A stretch of 64,000 nt of DNA from Alphaproteobacteria bacterium (GTDB taxonomy: Bacteria; Pseudomonadota; Alphaproteobacteria; Rs-D84). Every line of letters starts with the position of its first letter. Positions within the stretch are counted from its first letter, which is position 1. The notes below the pieces were generated by a model. The model was not told the origin of the DNA and searched no databases. It worked only from the letters and a program-made list of their open reading frames with translations. The DNA lies in assembly GCA_029059055.1 (NCBI GenBank), contig JAIDWS010000035.1:8670-72669 (forward strand), given 5' to 3'. A program made the translations under genes and the position numbers. This document shows positions 48,563 to 59,557 of this stretch, piece after piece.

Positions 48563-49432
48563 ATGACAACTTATATTTTAATCTTGCTGGTATTGATTGT
48601 TGTGCTGTTGATTGCGGTGTTGATGCGGCCTGTGACGGTGGATTTGGCATCCCTGCGCGAAGATAATGCCCGTCTGCGCGAACGTCTGGCGGAACGCTTG
48701 GGCGCATTGGCGCAAAACGCAACGGAATTAAAGAATATCAGTGCCGACATTGCCAATTTTAAAAACATCCTGATGGGCAATAAACAGGCCCGCGGCACAT
48801 TCGGCGAACGCCAACTGGAAGATATTGTGGCCGACATCATGCCACCGGAAACATACGCGTTTCAGTGTGTTTTGGAAACAGGCGTGCGCCCCGATTGTGT
48901 TATTCGTTTGCCATATCCGCCGGGCGACATGATTATCGACAGTAAATTTCCACTGGAAAGCTATGCCCATCTGCACGAAGACAATATTTATCGCAAACAA
49001 TTTGAATTGGACGTACGCAAACACATCGACGCCATCGCAGACAAATATATTATTCCCGGCCGCACGGCGGAATCGGCAATGATGTTTATCGCATCGGAAT
49101 CGATTTTTGAAACATTGCATCGCGAATTTCCGGGCGCGGTTGATTATGCCGCCCGGAAAAAGGTGTTTATCGTATCCCCATCCACCCTGTGGGCGACATT
49201 GAACACCATTCGGGCGGTTCTGTCGGATATCAAGATAAAACGTGTCGCCGCGCAAATTAAAAAAGAATTGGATTACCTGTTAACAGACCTGGGACGATTG
49301 GCGGACCGTGCGGGCAATCTGCAACGTCATTTTGACCAAACCACATCCGACATTGAACAATTGCAAACATCGATAAAAAAGATTGCACCGCGCGCGGAAA
49401 AATTACGGGAACTGGATTTCGGTGAAGATTAA
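48563..49432 (+). CDS. rmuC: DNA recombination protein RmuC (short form)
   Basis: N-terminal TM, coiled coil, GERQLEDIVADIMPPETYAFQ...CVIRLP... RmuC core. Confidence 0.7.
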   Translation: MTTYILILLVLIVVLLIAVLMRPVTVDLASLREDNARLRERLAERLGALAQNATELKNISADIANFKNILMGNKQARGTFGERQLEDIVADIMPPETYAFQCVLETGVRPDCVIRLPYPPGDMIIDSKFPLESYAHLHEDNIYRKQFELDVRKHIDAIADKYIIPGRTAESAMMFIASESIFETLHREFPGAVDYAARKKVFIVSPSTLWATLNTIRAVLSDIKIKRVAAQIKKELDYLLTDLGRLADRAGNLQRHFDQTTSDIEQLQTSIKKIAPRAEKLRELDFGED

Positions 49433-49454
49433 TTTCCGGTCCGCCCCAGCGCCA

Positions 49455-49484
49455 CAAAAAAACACCGGCAAATGCCGGTGTTTT
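49455..49484. terminator. Bidirectional terminator, hairpin caccggcaaatgccggtg (copy 3 of the family)
   Basis: Between convergent rmuC and the RND pump gene. Confidence 0.6.
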
Positions 49485-49485
49485 C

Positions 49486-52400
49486 TTACTTCTTTTGGGA
49501 TTTGTTTATCTTGCGCTTTTTAAACAAATGCTTTACCCGGGTGCGCAATCCTTCCATCAAGAAGAACAACGCAGGCGTCAGCGTAAATGTCCAAATCAGC
49601 GATGCCAACATCCCCCCAATCATCACCGCGGCCATGGCGACCTTGGTTCCATCGGTACTCCACATCTGGGGCAACATCCCTGTGATAACCGCAATTGACG
49701 TCATCAGAACCATGTTCTTTTTTTCGGTCAATTCCGTCCACAATGCCACGCGCGGCACCGCACCGTTGGCAATACGGGCAATGGTCGGTTCCAACACCAA
49801 AATGTTGTTATTCACCACCAACCCCACCAACATAACGAACGCCATCATCGCCCCGACGTTCATCGTCGCCCCCGACAGGAACATGATAATAAACACGCCT
49901 GCGAAACTGGTGATAATGGATGTTGCAATGGTGAACGGATGCACCATAGAATTCAGAATCGCCGCCAACAACATGAATGTCAAAATTGTCGCCAACAAGA
50001 AAGCCTTGCCGATTTCACCGGCGGTTTCATCCTGGGTTTCGGACATACCGCCAAATTCGGCGCGATATCCGGTTTTCCATTCCATGGCATCCAGACCGGC
50101 CTGAATCTTTTGCTGGACGGGTCCCATGGTGGATTTACCGATATTGATATCGATTTCTGTAATTCTGGTTTTGTCCAGACGATTGATATTGGGCGTCGCC
50201 GGCAAGCTTTTAATTTCGCCCAATTTGGACAATGCCACCATGCCTTTTTGTGAATTGACATAGACATTGTCAAACATCGCCACGTTCTTGAACGATTTGT
50301 CCAGTTCCAGAATAATCGGATATTCTTCACCGCGTTCTTTGTATTTGTAATCGTCATTCCCGTACAGCGCCGCACGCAACGTCGCCCCGGCGTACGCATT
50401 CTGAACACCCCAGAAATTCATCTTGGCCTGGTCGGGGATGAACTGGATTTCATTATTCGGTGCCGGCACCGCCAAAACAGCCGTTTGCACTTCTGGAATT
50501 TGGTTAATCATATCCAGAATCTGGGCGGCATAGGCTTCGCGGGTGGCGTCATCTTCGCCATAGATGTTCAAAACCATGTCCGATGTCTGGGATGCAGACA
50601 TGCCGGCGCCGGCCTTGATTTGGAATTCCGTATCGGGAATTTCGGCCAACCGCGGTAAAATCTGGCGGGCCAATTCTTTGTCCGATGTGCGACGCGGGTT
50701 CCCCAGATCCGCCAATTCCAATTTAATGGTGATATTCTGCAAACCGCGTTCACCGATTTTAACAGTTGATGCGGTTACATCGGGAAATTCTTTCAGTACA
50801 TCTTCGACCTGGGCCGCGATATGCGCAGATTTTTCATACGTCGCCCCCATCGGCGCACGTGCCGTAATGGTAATTTCATTTGTATCGGTCGCCGGCGAAA
50901 ATTCATTTCCGACAAACCGCATCAGCATTGACGACGCAATCAGAATCACAAACGCCCCCAACACAACGCGTCCCGGATGACGGAACTGATAATCGAACCA
51001 CTGGCGCAGGGGTGTTTTATCCACAACGACCGTCTGGGTTGTATCGATTTTCTGGGGCTTGGGTTCACGAATACGCAAGAACTGGGCAATCATCATTGGT
51101 GCCAACGTAAACGAAAACATTAACGACAACAGCGTCAGATACACAACCGTCATCCCAAATTGGGACATAAATTGCCCCGCAATACCGCCCATAAAGGCCA
51201 ACGGTAAAAACACCACGACGTTTGTTCCGACACCGGCCAAAACGGATACGGCAACCTTTTTGGTTCCATCAACCGCGGCGCGTTGCGGATTTTTCCCATT
51301 GCGCATTTCTTGCAATGCGGATTCAATCAAAATAATGGCATTGGACACCAACGTCCCCAGCGCAGACGAATACGCCAACAAAGTCATCGCATTGATGGTA
51401 AACCCACTGCCGTCCATAAAGAAGAACCCAGCAATCAACGATGCCGGAATCACGACACCGGCGATGATGGTCGACCGCCAATTGCGTGTAAAGACCAACA
51501 ATACCAAAACCGTAAAGATAATCCCCAGGATAATCCCGTAAATCGTGCTGTATGTTTCATCGGCAATTGATGTCGACGAATCCGACACGATAATCATTTC
51601 CGAACCCGGGAAACGGGTTTGCATATCGGCCTGGAACTGGGACAATTTTTCGCGCAGTGCGCCGGAAATCTTAATCGCGTTACCATCGGATGCCTTGACC
51701 ACGGATGCAACCACGACATCTTGGCCGTTGTACCGGGCGCCGTTTTCAATATCACGCGCGGCATCGGTTACGGTCGCAATATCTGCGATACGGAATTTCT
51801 GACCTTCCATGGTGACGATTTGTTGATTGCGAATTTCATCAACGGACGCGAATTCCCCGATAAAGCGCACGTTGGATGACGACGCCCGCCCTTCGATTTT
51901 ACCGCCGGGAACATTCAAATTCTTGCTGCCCAGGGCTGATACCACATCCATAATCGTGACGCCGCGTGCCGCCATTAATTCGGGATCCATCTGAATGCGC
52001 ACGGCGCGTTCACGTCCACCAAACACAGACACACTGGCGACCCCGTTAATCGCGGTGATTTTATTCGACAAATTGTTGTCGACATATTCTTCTAAATCAC
52101 GCGCATCGGCCCCACGCAAAACGATATCGACGACCGATTCTTGCAACGGGTTTAATTTTTCAACAACCGGTTGCTTTAACGCATCGGGGAATTCCGACCC
52201 CAACGCATCGATTTTTGTTTTAACTTCGGCTGCTTTGTCATTGACATTAACCCCCAGATTAAATTCAGCCATCACATACCCGCCGTTTTCAAACGCCTGG
52301 GACGTGATTTTTTTCAATCCGGCCACTTCGGAAATCGCGTCTTCGGCTTTTTTAATGACCTGGGATTCGATTTCAGACGGCGCGGCACCGGGATAAACAA

Positions 52401-52539
52401 AGTTCGCCGTCACCATCGGGAAATCCAACGATGGCGTACGTTCAATGTTCATCTTGGGAAAAGACACCAAACCCAACACAACCCAGAACATAACAAACAT
52501 CAGGGTGGTTATCGGTCTGCGAACGAAAAAGTTTAACAT
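49486..52539 (-). CDS. RND efflux transporter permease (HAE1/AcrB family)
   Basis: 1017 aa, 12 TMs with two large periplasmic loops. Confidence 0.9.
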   Translation of the reverse strand: MLNFFVRRPITTLMFVMFWVVLGLVSFPKMNIERTPSLDFPMVTANFVYPGAAPSEIESQVIKKAEDAISEVAGLKKITSQAFENGGYVMAEFNLGVNVNDKAAEVKTKIDALGSEFPDALKQPVVEKLNPLQESVVDIVLRGADARDLEEYVDNNLSNKITAINGVASVSVFGGRERAVRIQMDPELMAARGVTIMDVVSALGSKNLNVPGGKIEGRASSSNVRFIGEFASVDEIRNQQIVTMEGQKFRIADIATVTDAARDIENGARYNGQDVVVASVVKASDGNAIKISGALREKLSQFQADMQTRFPGSEMIIVSDSSTSIADETYSTIYGIILGIIFTVLVLLVFTRNWRSTIIAGVVIPASLIAGFFFMDGSGFTINAMTLLAYSSALGTLVSNAIILIESALQEMRNGKNPQRAAVDGTKKVAVSVLAGVGTNVVVFLPLAFMGGIAGQFMSQFGMTVVYLTLLSLMFSFTLAPMMIAQFLRIREPKPQKIDTTQTVVVDKTPLRQWFDYQFRHPGRVVLGAFVILIASSMLMRFVGNEFSPATDTNEITITARAPMGATYEKSAHIAAQVEDVLKEFPDVTASTVKIGERGLQNITIKLELADLGNPRRTSDKELARQILPRLAEIPDTEFQIKAGAGMSASQTSDMVLNIYGEDDATREAYAAQILDMINQIPEVQTAVLAVPAPNNEIQFIPDQAKMNFWGVQNAYAGATLRAALYGNDDYKYKERGEEYPIILELDKSFKNVAMFDNVYVNSQKGMVALSKLGEIKSLPATPNINRLDKTRITEIDINIGKSTMGPVQQKIQAGLDAMEWKTGYRAEFGGMSETQDETAGEIGKAFLLATILTFMLLAAILNSMVHPFTIATSIITSFAGVFIIMFLSGATMNVGAMMAFVMLVGLVVNNNILVLEPTIARIANGAVPRVALWTELTEKKNMVLMTSIAVITGMLPQMWSTDGTKVAMAAVMIGGMLASLIWTFTLTPALFFLMEGLRTRVKHLFKKRKINKSQKK

Positions 52540-52569
52540 TTAATTTCTCCTATCCTGTTGGACCATGAC

Positions 52570-53190
52570 TTATTTTTTCATCCGAACGCGCGCGCCGTCG
52601 GCAACCTGGCTGGTGATGACGATATCACCATCGCCCAGACCGTCGATGACCATGACGTTTTCACTGTCGCTGCGCCCTGTTTTAACCGTGCGCGCACGCG
52701 CCGTGCCGTTGTCATAAATCATCACGACATCCCCATGCAGTGCATGCGTTGGAATAAAATATCCCGTTGCGCGATATTCGGCCATATTCAATCCGTCTGT
52801 TACACCGCGCGTACGTACAACATACATACCGGTATCCAAATCAATATTCTGGGCAACCGATACAATTGTCCCGTCACCGACGGTTTGGCCAACCCGGAAA
52901 TGTCCCAATCGGGCGCCGGACACCAATGCCCGGTTATTTTTGACCGACAACGGTTCACGTAACACACCGGCATCGCGGTGCATTTCCATCACTTCGACCA
53001 CGGCACCGTTTTCCGCTGCATCACGGGTGGGATTAAAAACGAACATGCGATTCTGGGCCGCCACCATGGCGAACCGAAACACCACCCACGCCACCAGTAA
53101 TACAACACCGGCCGCATACATTCTTTTCTTGGTGCGGGGCCGACGGACCCAGCCCCCCAATGTGTTTAATTTTTCCTGAAAATTATTCAT
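52570..53190 (-). CDS. Efflux periplasmic adaptor (membrane-fusion protein), atypically short (206 aa) and apparently lacking the alpha-hairpin
   Basis: N-terminal TM; beta-barrel and membrane-proximal-like C-terminus. Sits inside the tolC/RND operon. Confidence 0.5.
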   Translation of the reverse strand: MNNFQEKLNTLGGWVRRPRTKKRMYAAGVVLLVAWVVFRFAMVAAQNRMFVFNPTRDAAENGAVVEVMEMHRDAGVLREPLSVKNNRALVSGARLGHFRVGQTVGDGTIVSVAQNIDLDTGMYVVRTRGVTDGLNMAEYRATGYFIPTHALHGDVVMIYDNGTARARTVKTGRSDSENVMVIDGLGDGDIVITSQVADGARVRMKK

Positions 53191-53193
53191 TGT

Positions 53194-54531
53194 TTATTCC
53201 CCTATTTTCTTGACCGATTCCGCTGCCATAACAATCTTGTACTTGGAATTCAGCAACGCCATATCCAACTGATACAGACCGGCGGACGCTTCGGACAATT
53301 CAATTGCAGACGTCTGTCCGGCGGCGAAACGTTCCTGGGAAAATCTGTACGCTTTGGCGGCCAGATTGCGCGCTTCTTGCAATTTGTCCATATTCCCGCG
53401 CAGATGGTTATACTGTAACACAGCGTTATTATATTCTTCGGTTTTCATTTTTTTGGATTTATCCAAATCTTGGCGTGCGGCTTCTGCATCCATGGCATCC
53501 ATCGTTGCGTTCGCGCGTACGGCACCACCACTGAATATCGGCATTTGCAACGCCAATCCCCAATACGCAGACTGGGACCCGCTGCGTTCAAACATCGTAT
53601 CGTATTCCGGCCCCATTGCCATAAAACTGTACGATGCGGTTGCCGCCAATGTGGGCAAATATCCCGCGCGGGAAGATTTTGCCTTGGATTCATACATCTG
53701 AATCTGCTGGTTCAAGATATCCCATTCCGGCGTATTTTTCAGCGGCCCCGCGTTCAGTCCCGCAAACGTCGCCGGGAAATTATCCGTCAATGTGATTTCC
53801 GTATCCATATCAATACCGGCCAGAATTTTCAGCATTCTGTACGCGGTATCGCGATTGAATTCGGCATCCGACAGATTAATTTCCTTGGTCGCGATATCCG
53901 ATTCAATTTTGACCAAATTGGCACGCGACGCACGTCCCGCCGCCCCCAGGTTACGCCGCGCATCACGCGCATCGCGCAAATCTGCGGCGGAAATCCGAAC
54001 GATTTCATCGGTCATTTTGGCGGTCCAATAAACATTGGCGGCACTGTACCGCACCTCGCGCAGGGTCATTTCACGACTGGACTGCGTCATTTTAATGGCG
54101 GCCTTGACACTTTTGACCGCATTGCCGATTTTGCCAAACGTATAAATCGGTTGGGACGCACTGACCCCCACCATCAAGATATTATCCGGAATTTCGATAT
54201 GCACCGATTGGTCTTTCAGGCTTTCCGAAATCAGTCCCCCAAACGCCGGCGGCAAATCAATACCGGTTGATTTGGACGGATTTTCCACATTTACCATATT
54301 CATATAAGTGGCCGACCCGTCGATTTTAAACCACCGATTTGCATTGGCCGCCGTTAATTGTGCCTGGGCCTTTTTCAAATTGGCATCGGCCTTTTTCATA
54401 TCTTGCGATTCCGCGACAATTTTTTCAATCGCATCGTTCAGCGACAAATCCAACGCATATGCGCCGGGCGCAAAAAAGACTGGGCTTAACAATCCCAGCA
54501 TTGATAAGTGTTTTATTTTAAGCATTACCAA
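53194..54531 (-). CDS. TolC-family outer-membrane efflux protein
   Basis: Signal peptide and duplicated coiled-coil/beta repeats. Confidence 0.8.
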   Translation of the reverse strand: MVMLKIKHLSMLGLLSPVFFAPGAYALDLSLNDAIEKIVAESQDMKKADANLKKAQAQLTAANANRWFKIDGSATYMNMVNVENPSKSTGIDLPPAFGGLISESLKDQSVHIEIPDNILMVGVSASQPIYTFGKIGNAVKSVKAAIKMTQSSREMTLREVRYSAANVYWTAKMTDEIVRISAADLRDARDARRNLGAAGRASRANLVKIESDIATKEINLSDAEFNRDTAYRMLKILAGIDMDTEITLTDNFPATFAGLNAGPLKNTPEWDILNQQIQMYESKAKSSRAGYLPTLAATASYSFMAMGPEYDTMFERSGSQSAYWGLALQMPIFSGGAVRANATMDAMDAEAARQDLDKSKKMKTEEYNNAVLQYNHLRGNMDKLQEARNLAAKAYRFSQERFAAGQTSAIELSEASAGLYQLDMALLNSKYKIVMAAESVKKIGE

Positions 54532-54967
54532 GCTCCATTTTTTGTAAAACTTCCTTTACCGTTTTTAACGCCCCCGTTAACTTTGCTTCGTCCGCCGGGG
54601 CCAGCTGTGAAAACAACTGTTCAATATGACTTTGAAAATTTTCCATGGCATTGACGGCGATTTTTTCACCCTTGTCCGTGACGGCATACCACACATTGCG
54701 CCGGTCGTTTTCATCAATTTCACGGACCAGCAATCCGTCCCGTTCCAGTTTACGAAACGCCGCACATAAATTCGGCGCCGACACCATTTCCCGTCGTGCA
54801 ATATCCTTTAACCGGCCGCGGCCGCCCATGTGCAACCGCACCAGAATCCGCAACAGTTGACGCGGATACCCGGATAAATACGTGGGTTCAATGCGCATTT
54901 TCCCGGCCAACCGGTCCAAAGTGATAATATTATCTTCCATCAAATGAACAAATTCCTTGCGCGGCAT
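54518..54967 (-). CDS. MarR family transcriptional regulator
   Basis: wHTH ...LLRILVRLHMGGRGRLKDIARREMVSAPNLCAAFRKLERDGLL. Confidence 0.8.
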   Translation of the reverse strand: MPRKEFVHLMEDNIITLDRLAGKMRIEPTYLSGYPRQLLRILVRLHMGGRGRLKDIARREMVSAPNLCAAFRKLERDGLLVREIDENDRRNVWYAVTDKGEKIAVNAMENFQSHIEQLFSQLAPADEAKLTGALKTVKEVLQKMELGNA

Positions 54968-55139
54968 TTAATTATCCTTTATAATAGAAAATGTATTCCA
55001 ATTATTAAAAACGTGAATCATTATATGTTTTAATGATTTAAATGCAAGCACAAATTTGAATAAATTTCTATTTTTTTTACGGTTTGTTATTTTTATTATT
55101 GCAAAACCGCATCAGATATTTATAATCAGTGTTGCTTTT

Positions 55140-55213
55140 TGGGGTGTCGTCTAATGGTAGGACAAGAGATTTTGGTTCTCTTTATCATGGTTCGAATCCG
55201 TGCGCCCCAACCA
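55140..55213 (+). tRNA. tRNA-Gln (anticodon TTG)
   Basis: TGGGGTGTCGTCTAATGGTAGGACAAGAGATTTTGGTTCTCTTTATCATGGTTCGAATCCGTGCGCCCCAACCA; anticodon loop TTTTGGT. Confidence 0.8.
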
Positions 55214-55251
55214 CAGTTTCAAAACCCGCCCATCAGGGCGGTTTTGTGTTG
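55199..55251 (+). repeat. att-like direct repeat 1 (includes the tRNA-Gln 3' end and a terminator-like hairpin)
   Basis: 52/53-bp repeat (2 mismatches) with 55374-55426; a partial third copy lies at 56255-56343. Confidence 0.7.
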
Positions 55252-55373
55252 GGCGCGGGCCACGGTTCGCAATCGCGACGAATGTCGCCGGTTCGACTAT
55301 GAGTTGGCGTTTGGCACGCGCGCGGCGAACGCCATACGAATGCCCCGCAGGCGCACCGCGCCGAGGGAATTGA

Positions 55374-55472
55374 GTGCGCCCCAACCATAGTTTCAAAATC
55401 CGCCCATCAGGGCGGTTTTGTGTTGGATTTGCAACCAACGCACAGAGTTCGAAAGTTTAGTTTTGAAAATGG
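55374..55472 (+). repeat. att-like direct repeat 2 (extended unit of about 87 bp)
   Basis: gtgcgccccaaccatagtttcaaaatccgcccatcagggcggttttgtgttgg plus a tail shared with copy 3. Confidence 0.7.
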
Positions 55473-55557
55473 CTAAATTCTGCTAACATTCGAACCCGGA
55501 CACTAAACATTCACAAACAAGCATATCTATGATACAATCACGGCAAAGGATTATATT

Positions 55558-56148
55558 ATGGCTGCAAAGACAATTTATATTTTTAGACATGGTCAAACAG
55601 ACTATAACGCCACAGGGCGCGTTATGGGTCGGTTGGATATACCATTGAACGAAACAGGGATACAACAGGCAACAGAACTGGCCAATAAAATGTCGGGCAT
55701 TGATATTAAGGCAATATATTCTTCGCCACTGTCACGTGCGATGCAAACAGCACAAATCGTGGCTAACAAAATCGGCGTAAAGATAACACCAAATGACGGG
55801 TTAATGGAACGACATAATGGGAATCTGCAAGGGCATATTGTTCATATAACAGATAATCCCGAACAATATCAGACCGACTATAAACAAACAGAACTTGTTT
55901 TGCCGGCAGAACAATTAAACGATGAAAATTGGCGACCCGAAGGCGGTGAATCACGAATAGAATGCTTTAAACGCGCCCAACAAACGATTACGGACATCAT
56001 AAAAACATCCCCTTATGACACAATTGCCATATCAACACATGGCGGACCAATGGTCGGGATATTGGATTTAGTTGGCGGCACATCAGAGCGCATTGGAAAC
56101 TGTGACTATGTAAAATTAACCTTTGATGGTAAAAAGTTAGAGAGATAA
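55558..56148 (+). CDS. Histidine phosphatase (phosphoglycerate-mutase-like) family protein
   Basis: IYIFRHGQTDYNATGR (RHG catalytic motif); ...STHGGPM... Confidence 0.75.
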   Translation: MAAKTIYIFRHGQTDYNATGRVMGRLDIPLNETGIQQATELANKMSGIDIKAIYSSPLSRAMQTAQIVANKIGVKITPNDGLMERHNGNLQGHIVHITDNPEQYQTDYKQTELVLPAEQLNDENWRPEGGESRIECFKRAQQTITDIIKTSPYDTIAISTHGGPMVGILDLVGGTSERIGNCDYVKLTFDGKKLER

Positions 56149-56254
56149 AATTTAACATAGGGCATCCGTTGCCCTATGTTTTTAATACAGACTTCACTGA
56201 TTCAATTTCATCTCTCATTTTGATTAAATCAGTTCGAAAATTGCTAGTCAGACA

Positions 56255-56343
56255 CAACCACAGTTAAAAAATCCGCCCACCGGGGCGGTTTTTAGTTGAA
56301 TCTGCAATCATCGTGCCAAGTTCGAATGTTTGATTTTCAAAAT
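56255..56343 (+). repeat. att-like direct repeat 3 (degenerate copy)
   Basis: aaccacagttaaaaaatccgcccaccggggcggttttt..tgcaatcatcg..agttcgaatgtttgattttcaaaat parallels copy 2. Confidence 0.55.
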
Positions 56344-56391
56344 CGTTAATTTTTGATAACTTTCGAACTTGTTTATGGTATAATATTCTAT

Positions 56392-57489
56392 ATGAAAACA
56401 GATAGTTATACAAAAGCCATAGACAATATTTATAATCGGATTGGCCATGCCGTAGTACAAGGTATACCAACCTTAGATCATATTATGGGTGTTGAAAATA
56501 TGTCTGAAGCAGATAAAATCTGGTACGAAGCATATAAAAAATACGGCAACCGAAATCACACATGGCAAGATTTTAGAGATATGTTTTATGGTGATGTTGA
56601 CGTTATGCAAAAGACAGTTGTACACTGGAAAACATGGGACGAAATAAATAACACGTTATCACAAGCATATGATTTAGTGCCAGAAATAAGAAGATTGATG
56701 AGAGAATATGGTATTAACTCTATCAATGTGACCAAATTAGAAGAATACAAACAATACCCTGATTTAGTATCAGTCTGCAAAAAATATCGTGAAATTGGTA
56801 GTATGGCGTATCAAAACTATTCTACATTTAATCCACAGATTGCAAAACTGGAAAAAGCGTTCGAAAAAAAATCGAAACTGATAGCGGTCGATGACAAAAA
56901 AGCAAAAATTGATTTAATTGTAGAATACCTAGAAAAAATGGATGAGTATGTAGATTTGCAAAATGGCGATTTTGTCGTTGCAGAACGCATAGAAACATAT
57001 CGTGAAATTATATTAAAAGACCAACAAATATTAAAGCTGGCAAAAGATTTTGATAAAATATCTGGCTCACAAAAGGTTGATTTAGCACGTATGATTTTAA
57101 ACAAAAGTGCAAAAATTACAGGCACACCAACAGGCCAAGTTATTCAAGATGACGCCCCGGCTGGCCCGCATGTCCTAACCGGTAATCAAGTCGCCGGATA
57201 TGTTGAGAATCGTAAAGAATTTTTATTCAGAGGTGATGATTTAACGACCCTATGGACCTTTTTGAAATATTTGGTCCATGAAGATGCTCATAGAATAGAT
57301 TACTATAATGCAGAATATGGGATGATTGGAACGCAACTTATGAAATTTGTGAATGATAATTATGTTAATAATGCAGACATAGATGTTGAATTGTATCGTA
57401 AATTTGCCACAGAACAAAGTTCATATTATCTTGATCGCACTACGGCTTCTGCTTTAGAATATGCAATAATGCATCAATCTCGTGGCTAA
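56392..57489 (+). CDS. Hypothetical protein (366 aa) in the AT-rich island
   Basis: AT-rich; no recognisable motif. Confidence 0.4.
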   Translation: MKTDSYTKAIDNIYNRIGHAVVQGIPTLDHIMGVENMSEADKIWYEAYKKYGNRNHTWQDFRDMFYGDVDVMQKTVVHWKTWDEINNTLSQAYDLVPEIRRLMREYGINSINVTKLEEYKQYPDLVSVCKKYREIGSMAYQNYSTFNPQIAKLEKAFEKKSKLIAVDDKKAKIDLIVEYLEKMDEYVDLQNGDFVVAERIETYREIILKDQQILKLAKDFDKISGSQKVDLARMILNKSAKITGTPTGQVIQDDAPAGPHVLTGNQVAGYVENRKEFLFRGDDLTTLWTFLKYLVHEDAHRIDYYNAEYGMIGTQLMKFVNDNYVNNADIDVELYRKFATEQSSYYLDRTTASALEYAIMHQSRG

Positions 57490-57621
57490 TCTTAATTAAA
57501 TCAATTCAACTACGCATAGGTAAGCCAAACGTAGTGTCGGCGAACCGTCAGGAATACCGCACTGAAGCAATACAGGACTGAATAGAAGTGTTTCTAGCGT
57601 TTTTGTTCATCGAAGAAGTAA

Positions 57622-58829
57622 TTAATCATAAAACACAATTAACTGCTCAAGAGATATATTAACACCTGCTTTTTGTAATTCTCTGATATTGGTTTCATAA
57701 AGCTTTGTTAATATATCGCGTTTTTCATTATCTGTTGCCAAATGTACCTGCCGATGACAGACAGGACACAGAGCAACGATATTTTCAACAATATCAATAT
57801 TTACATCAAACTCATTGCGTTTACAAAACGGTATCAAGTGATGCCCTTCTACAAATGGCATATTGTTAGCTTTGGCTGTAAATGTTCTATGACGCGGATT
57901 CACTTCACACATATAACGACTGCGCAATTTTCGCGCTTCTTTAACATTTGGATTGGCATGTAATAACGTATCTACATCGTCATCATTGTCTAATCCTAAA
58001 GCTAATCGTTTCTTTAATAATTCTTGCTCTGCAATTCGCCCATCTTGATAGTCTATCGCTAATTTGTTTATCTGTAATGCTCTGTTATAATTCTTATATT
58101 CCTTTACATTAGATAAATCTTGTTTATCAAAATACAAACCATCTATCTGTGTAAGATGCTTCCCGGTTTCCTTTTCATAAAAAGACCTTTTAAAGGGATA
58201 CAAGAATCCATATTCAGACACAAAAATTTTTAGCGGTATTCTGAACTGGTCGTTCTTTGCCTTACTATTTTTTTGCAATACTCGTGGATTAAAATTAAAA
58301 AATTGTCCAGTCATATTAGACAGTGTCATATATTTACGCCTGGCTAAATTTGGATATTTTTTCTTTTCCCAATCAACAGTTACCAGTTTTCTACTAAAAT
58401 CCAGTGAACAACGAGCATTAAATAAACCAGAAACAAAATATCGAATACATTCGTTTGAAAAATCCATTGTAGCTTTTTCAATATACCCATAAATGCGCGC
58501 CCTGCCTATTTCAGTAGTATCATCTAAACTATTAGTTTCAGTAAATTTGACAGAACAAACCCAAGATGTCTTATTAGACGAACAATCTATATCATCAGAT
58601 AATATCGCAGTTCCTTTGATAAAGTCTGCAAGAACTTGCCTGTTTGGCTCATTTAATTGCGTGTATTCATTATCACTAAAATTCTTGCGTATTCTAGTGC
58701 CTGTCCTTCCAGACGAATATGCCAACACATAACCATTTTTTACAATTGGCCAACCATAAACCATGCCCAAAAAGAATGCATATTTAGGATTTTTTTTGGA
58801 TTGTTCAAGTAATTCATTAAATGTCATTA
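57622..58829 (-). CDS. HNH-nuclease-domain protein, putative restriction endonuclease
   Basis: C-terminal ...FVEGHHLIPF...NIVALCPVCHRQVHL (HNH, Zn-binding Cys). Adjacent to two DNA methyltransferases. Confidence 0.55.
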
Positions 58830-59557
58830 AAAATCCTTTTATAAGCCATGTTATAATATGTGTCGTCCAATTCAATACCAATAAAGTTACGATTTTGTTT
58901 TATGCACGCAATTCCTGTGCTACCGCTTCCCATAAATGGGTCCAAAACCGTATTGTCTTTGTTTGTAAATATCTTGACCAACTCTTCCATCAAAAATACC
59001 GGCTTTTGAGTTGGATGACCTAACCGTTCTTTACCAGATGGACACGGACATTTTATTTCTGGCCTTAAATAGCTATCAGTAGAATTGTTAAACGTCCATT
59101 TTGACTTTCCTTTAACACACCATATAGCCAATTCATAGTCGGCCACAAAACGACTATCCATATTACGTGGCATAGGATTTGGTTTTAACCATCGTATCAA
59201 GTCTTTTACGGCATAACCTTTGGCTTCTAAATATTTTGCAATATTTCCTATATTCAAAAAACTATTAAAAACAATAATATTACCACCGTCTTTTAACAAT
59301 TTATCCGCAACATCAAGCCACGTAAATAAATCAAAGCCCTTATCCCAGGTTCCAAAATCAATCCCTTGCCGTTTAGCATTTTTCATCGTGGAAAAATTAT
59401 TGTCTTTTGAAATATTGTATGGTGGGTCAGTTATTATTGCATCGACTTTTATTTTATCTTTAATCAGACCAGCCATGACATTCACGCAATCACCGTGTAA
59501 TAATTGTACGGATTCTCTTTGAAACCAATCAGTAAAATATTGTTCTTTTTTAGTCAT
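58817..59557 (-). CDS. DNA methyltransferase (N6-adenine/N4-cytosine class, DPPY motif)
   Basis: AIITDPPYN (motif IV) precedes the SAM-binding motif: beta-class amino-methyltransferase. Confidence 0.8.
   Translation of the reverse strand: MTKKEQYFTDWFQRESVQLLHGDCVNVMAGLIKDKIKVDAIITDPPYNISKDNNFSTMKNAKRQGIDFGTWDKGFDLFTWLDVADKLLKDGGNIIVFNSFLNIGNIAKYLEAKGYAVKDLIRWLKPNPMPRNMDSRFVADYELAIWCVKGKSKWTFNNSTDSYLRPEIKCPCPSGKERLGHPTQKPVFLMEELVKIFTNKDNTVLDPFMGSGSTGIACIKQNRNFIGIELDDTYYNMAYKRIFNDI

Noticed and set aside
55252-55373. The 122-bp segment between att-like repeats 1 and 2 (ggttcgcaatcgcgacgaatgtcgccggttcgac...) as a tRNA fragment or small RNA gene
   Set aside because: It contains a GGTTCGA-like motif but no foldable cloverleaf or anticodon arm. 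It is more likely filler between tandem att copies.
57490-57621. Structured-looking intergenic segment (gcataggtaagccaaacgtagtgtcggcgaaccgtcagg...) after the hypothetical island gene, considered as a retron or group II intron fragment
   Set aside because: No reverse-transcriptase gene is nearby, and I saw no recognisable domain V or msr/msd repeat pattern. Evidence is too weak.
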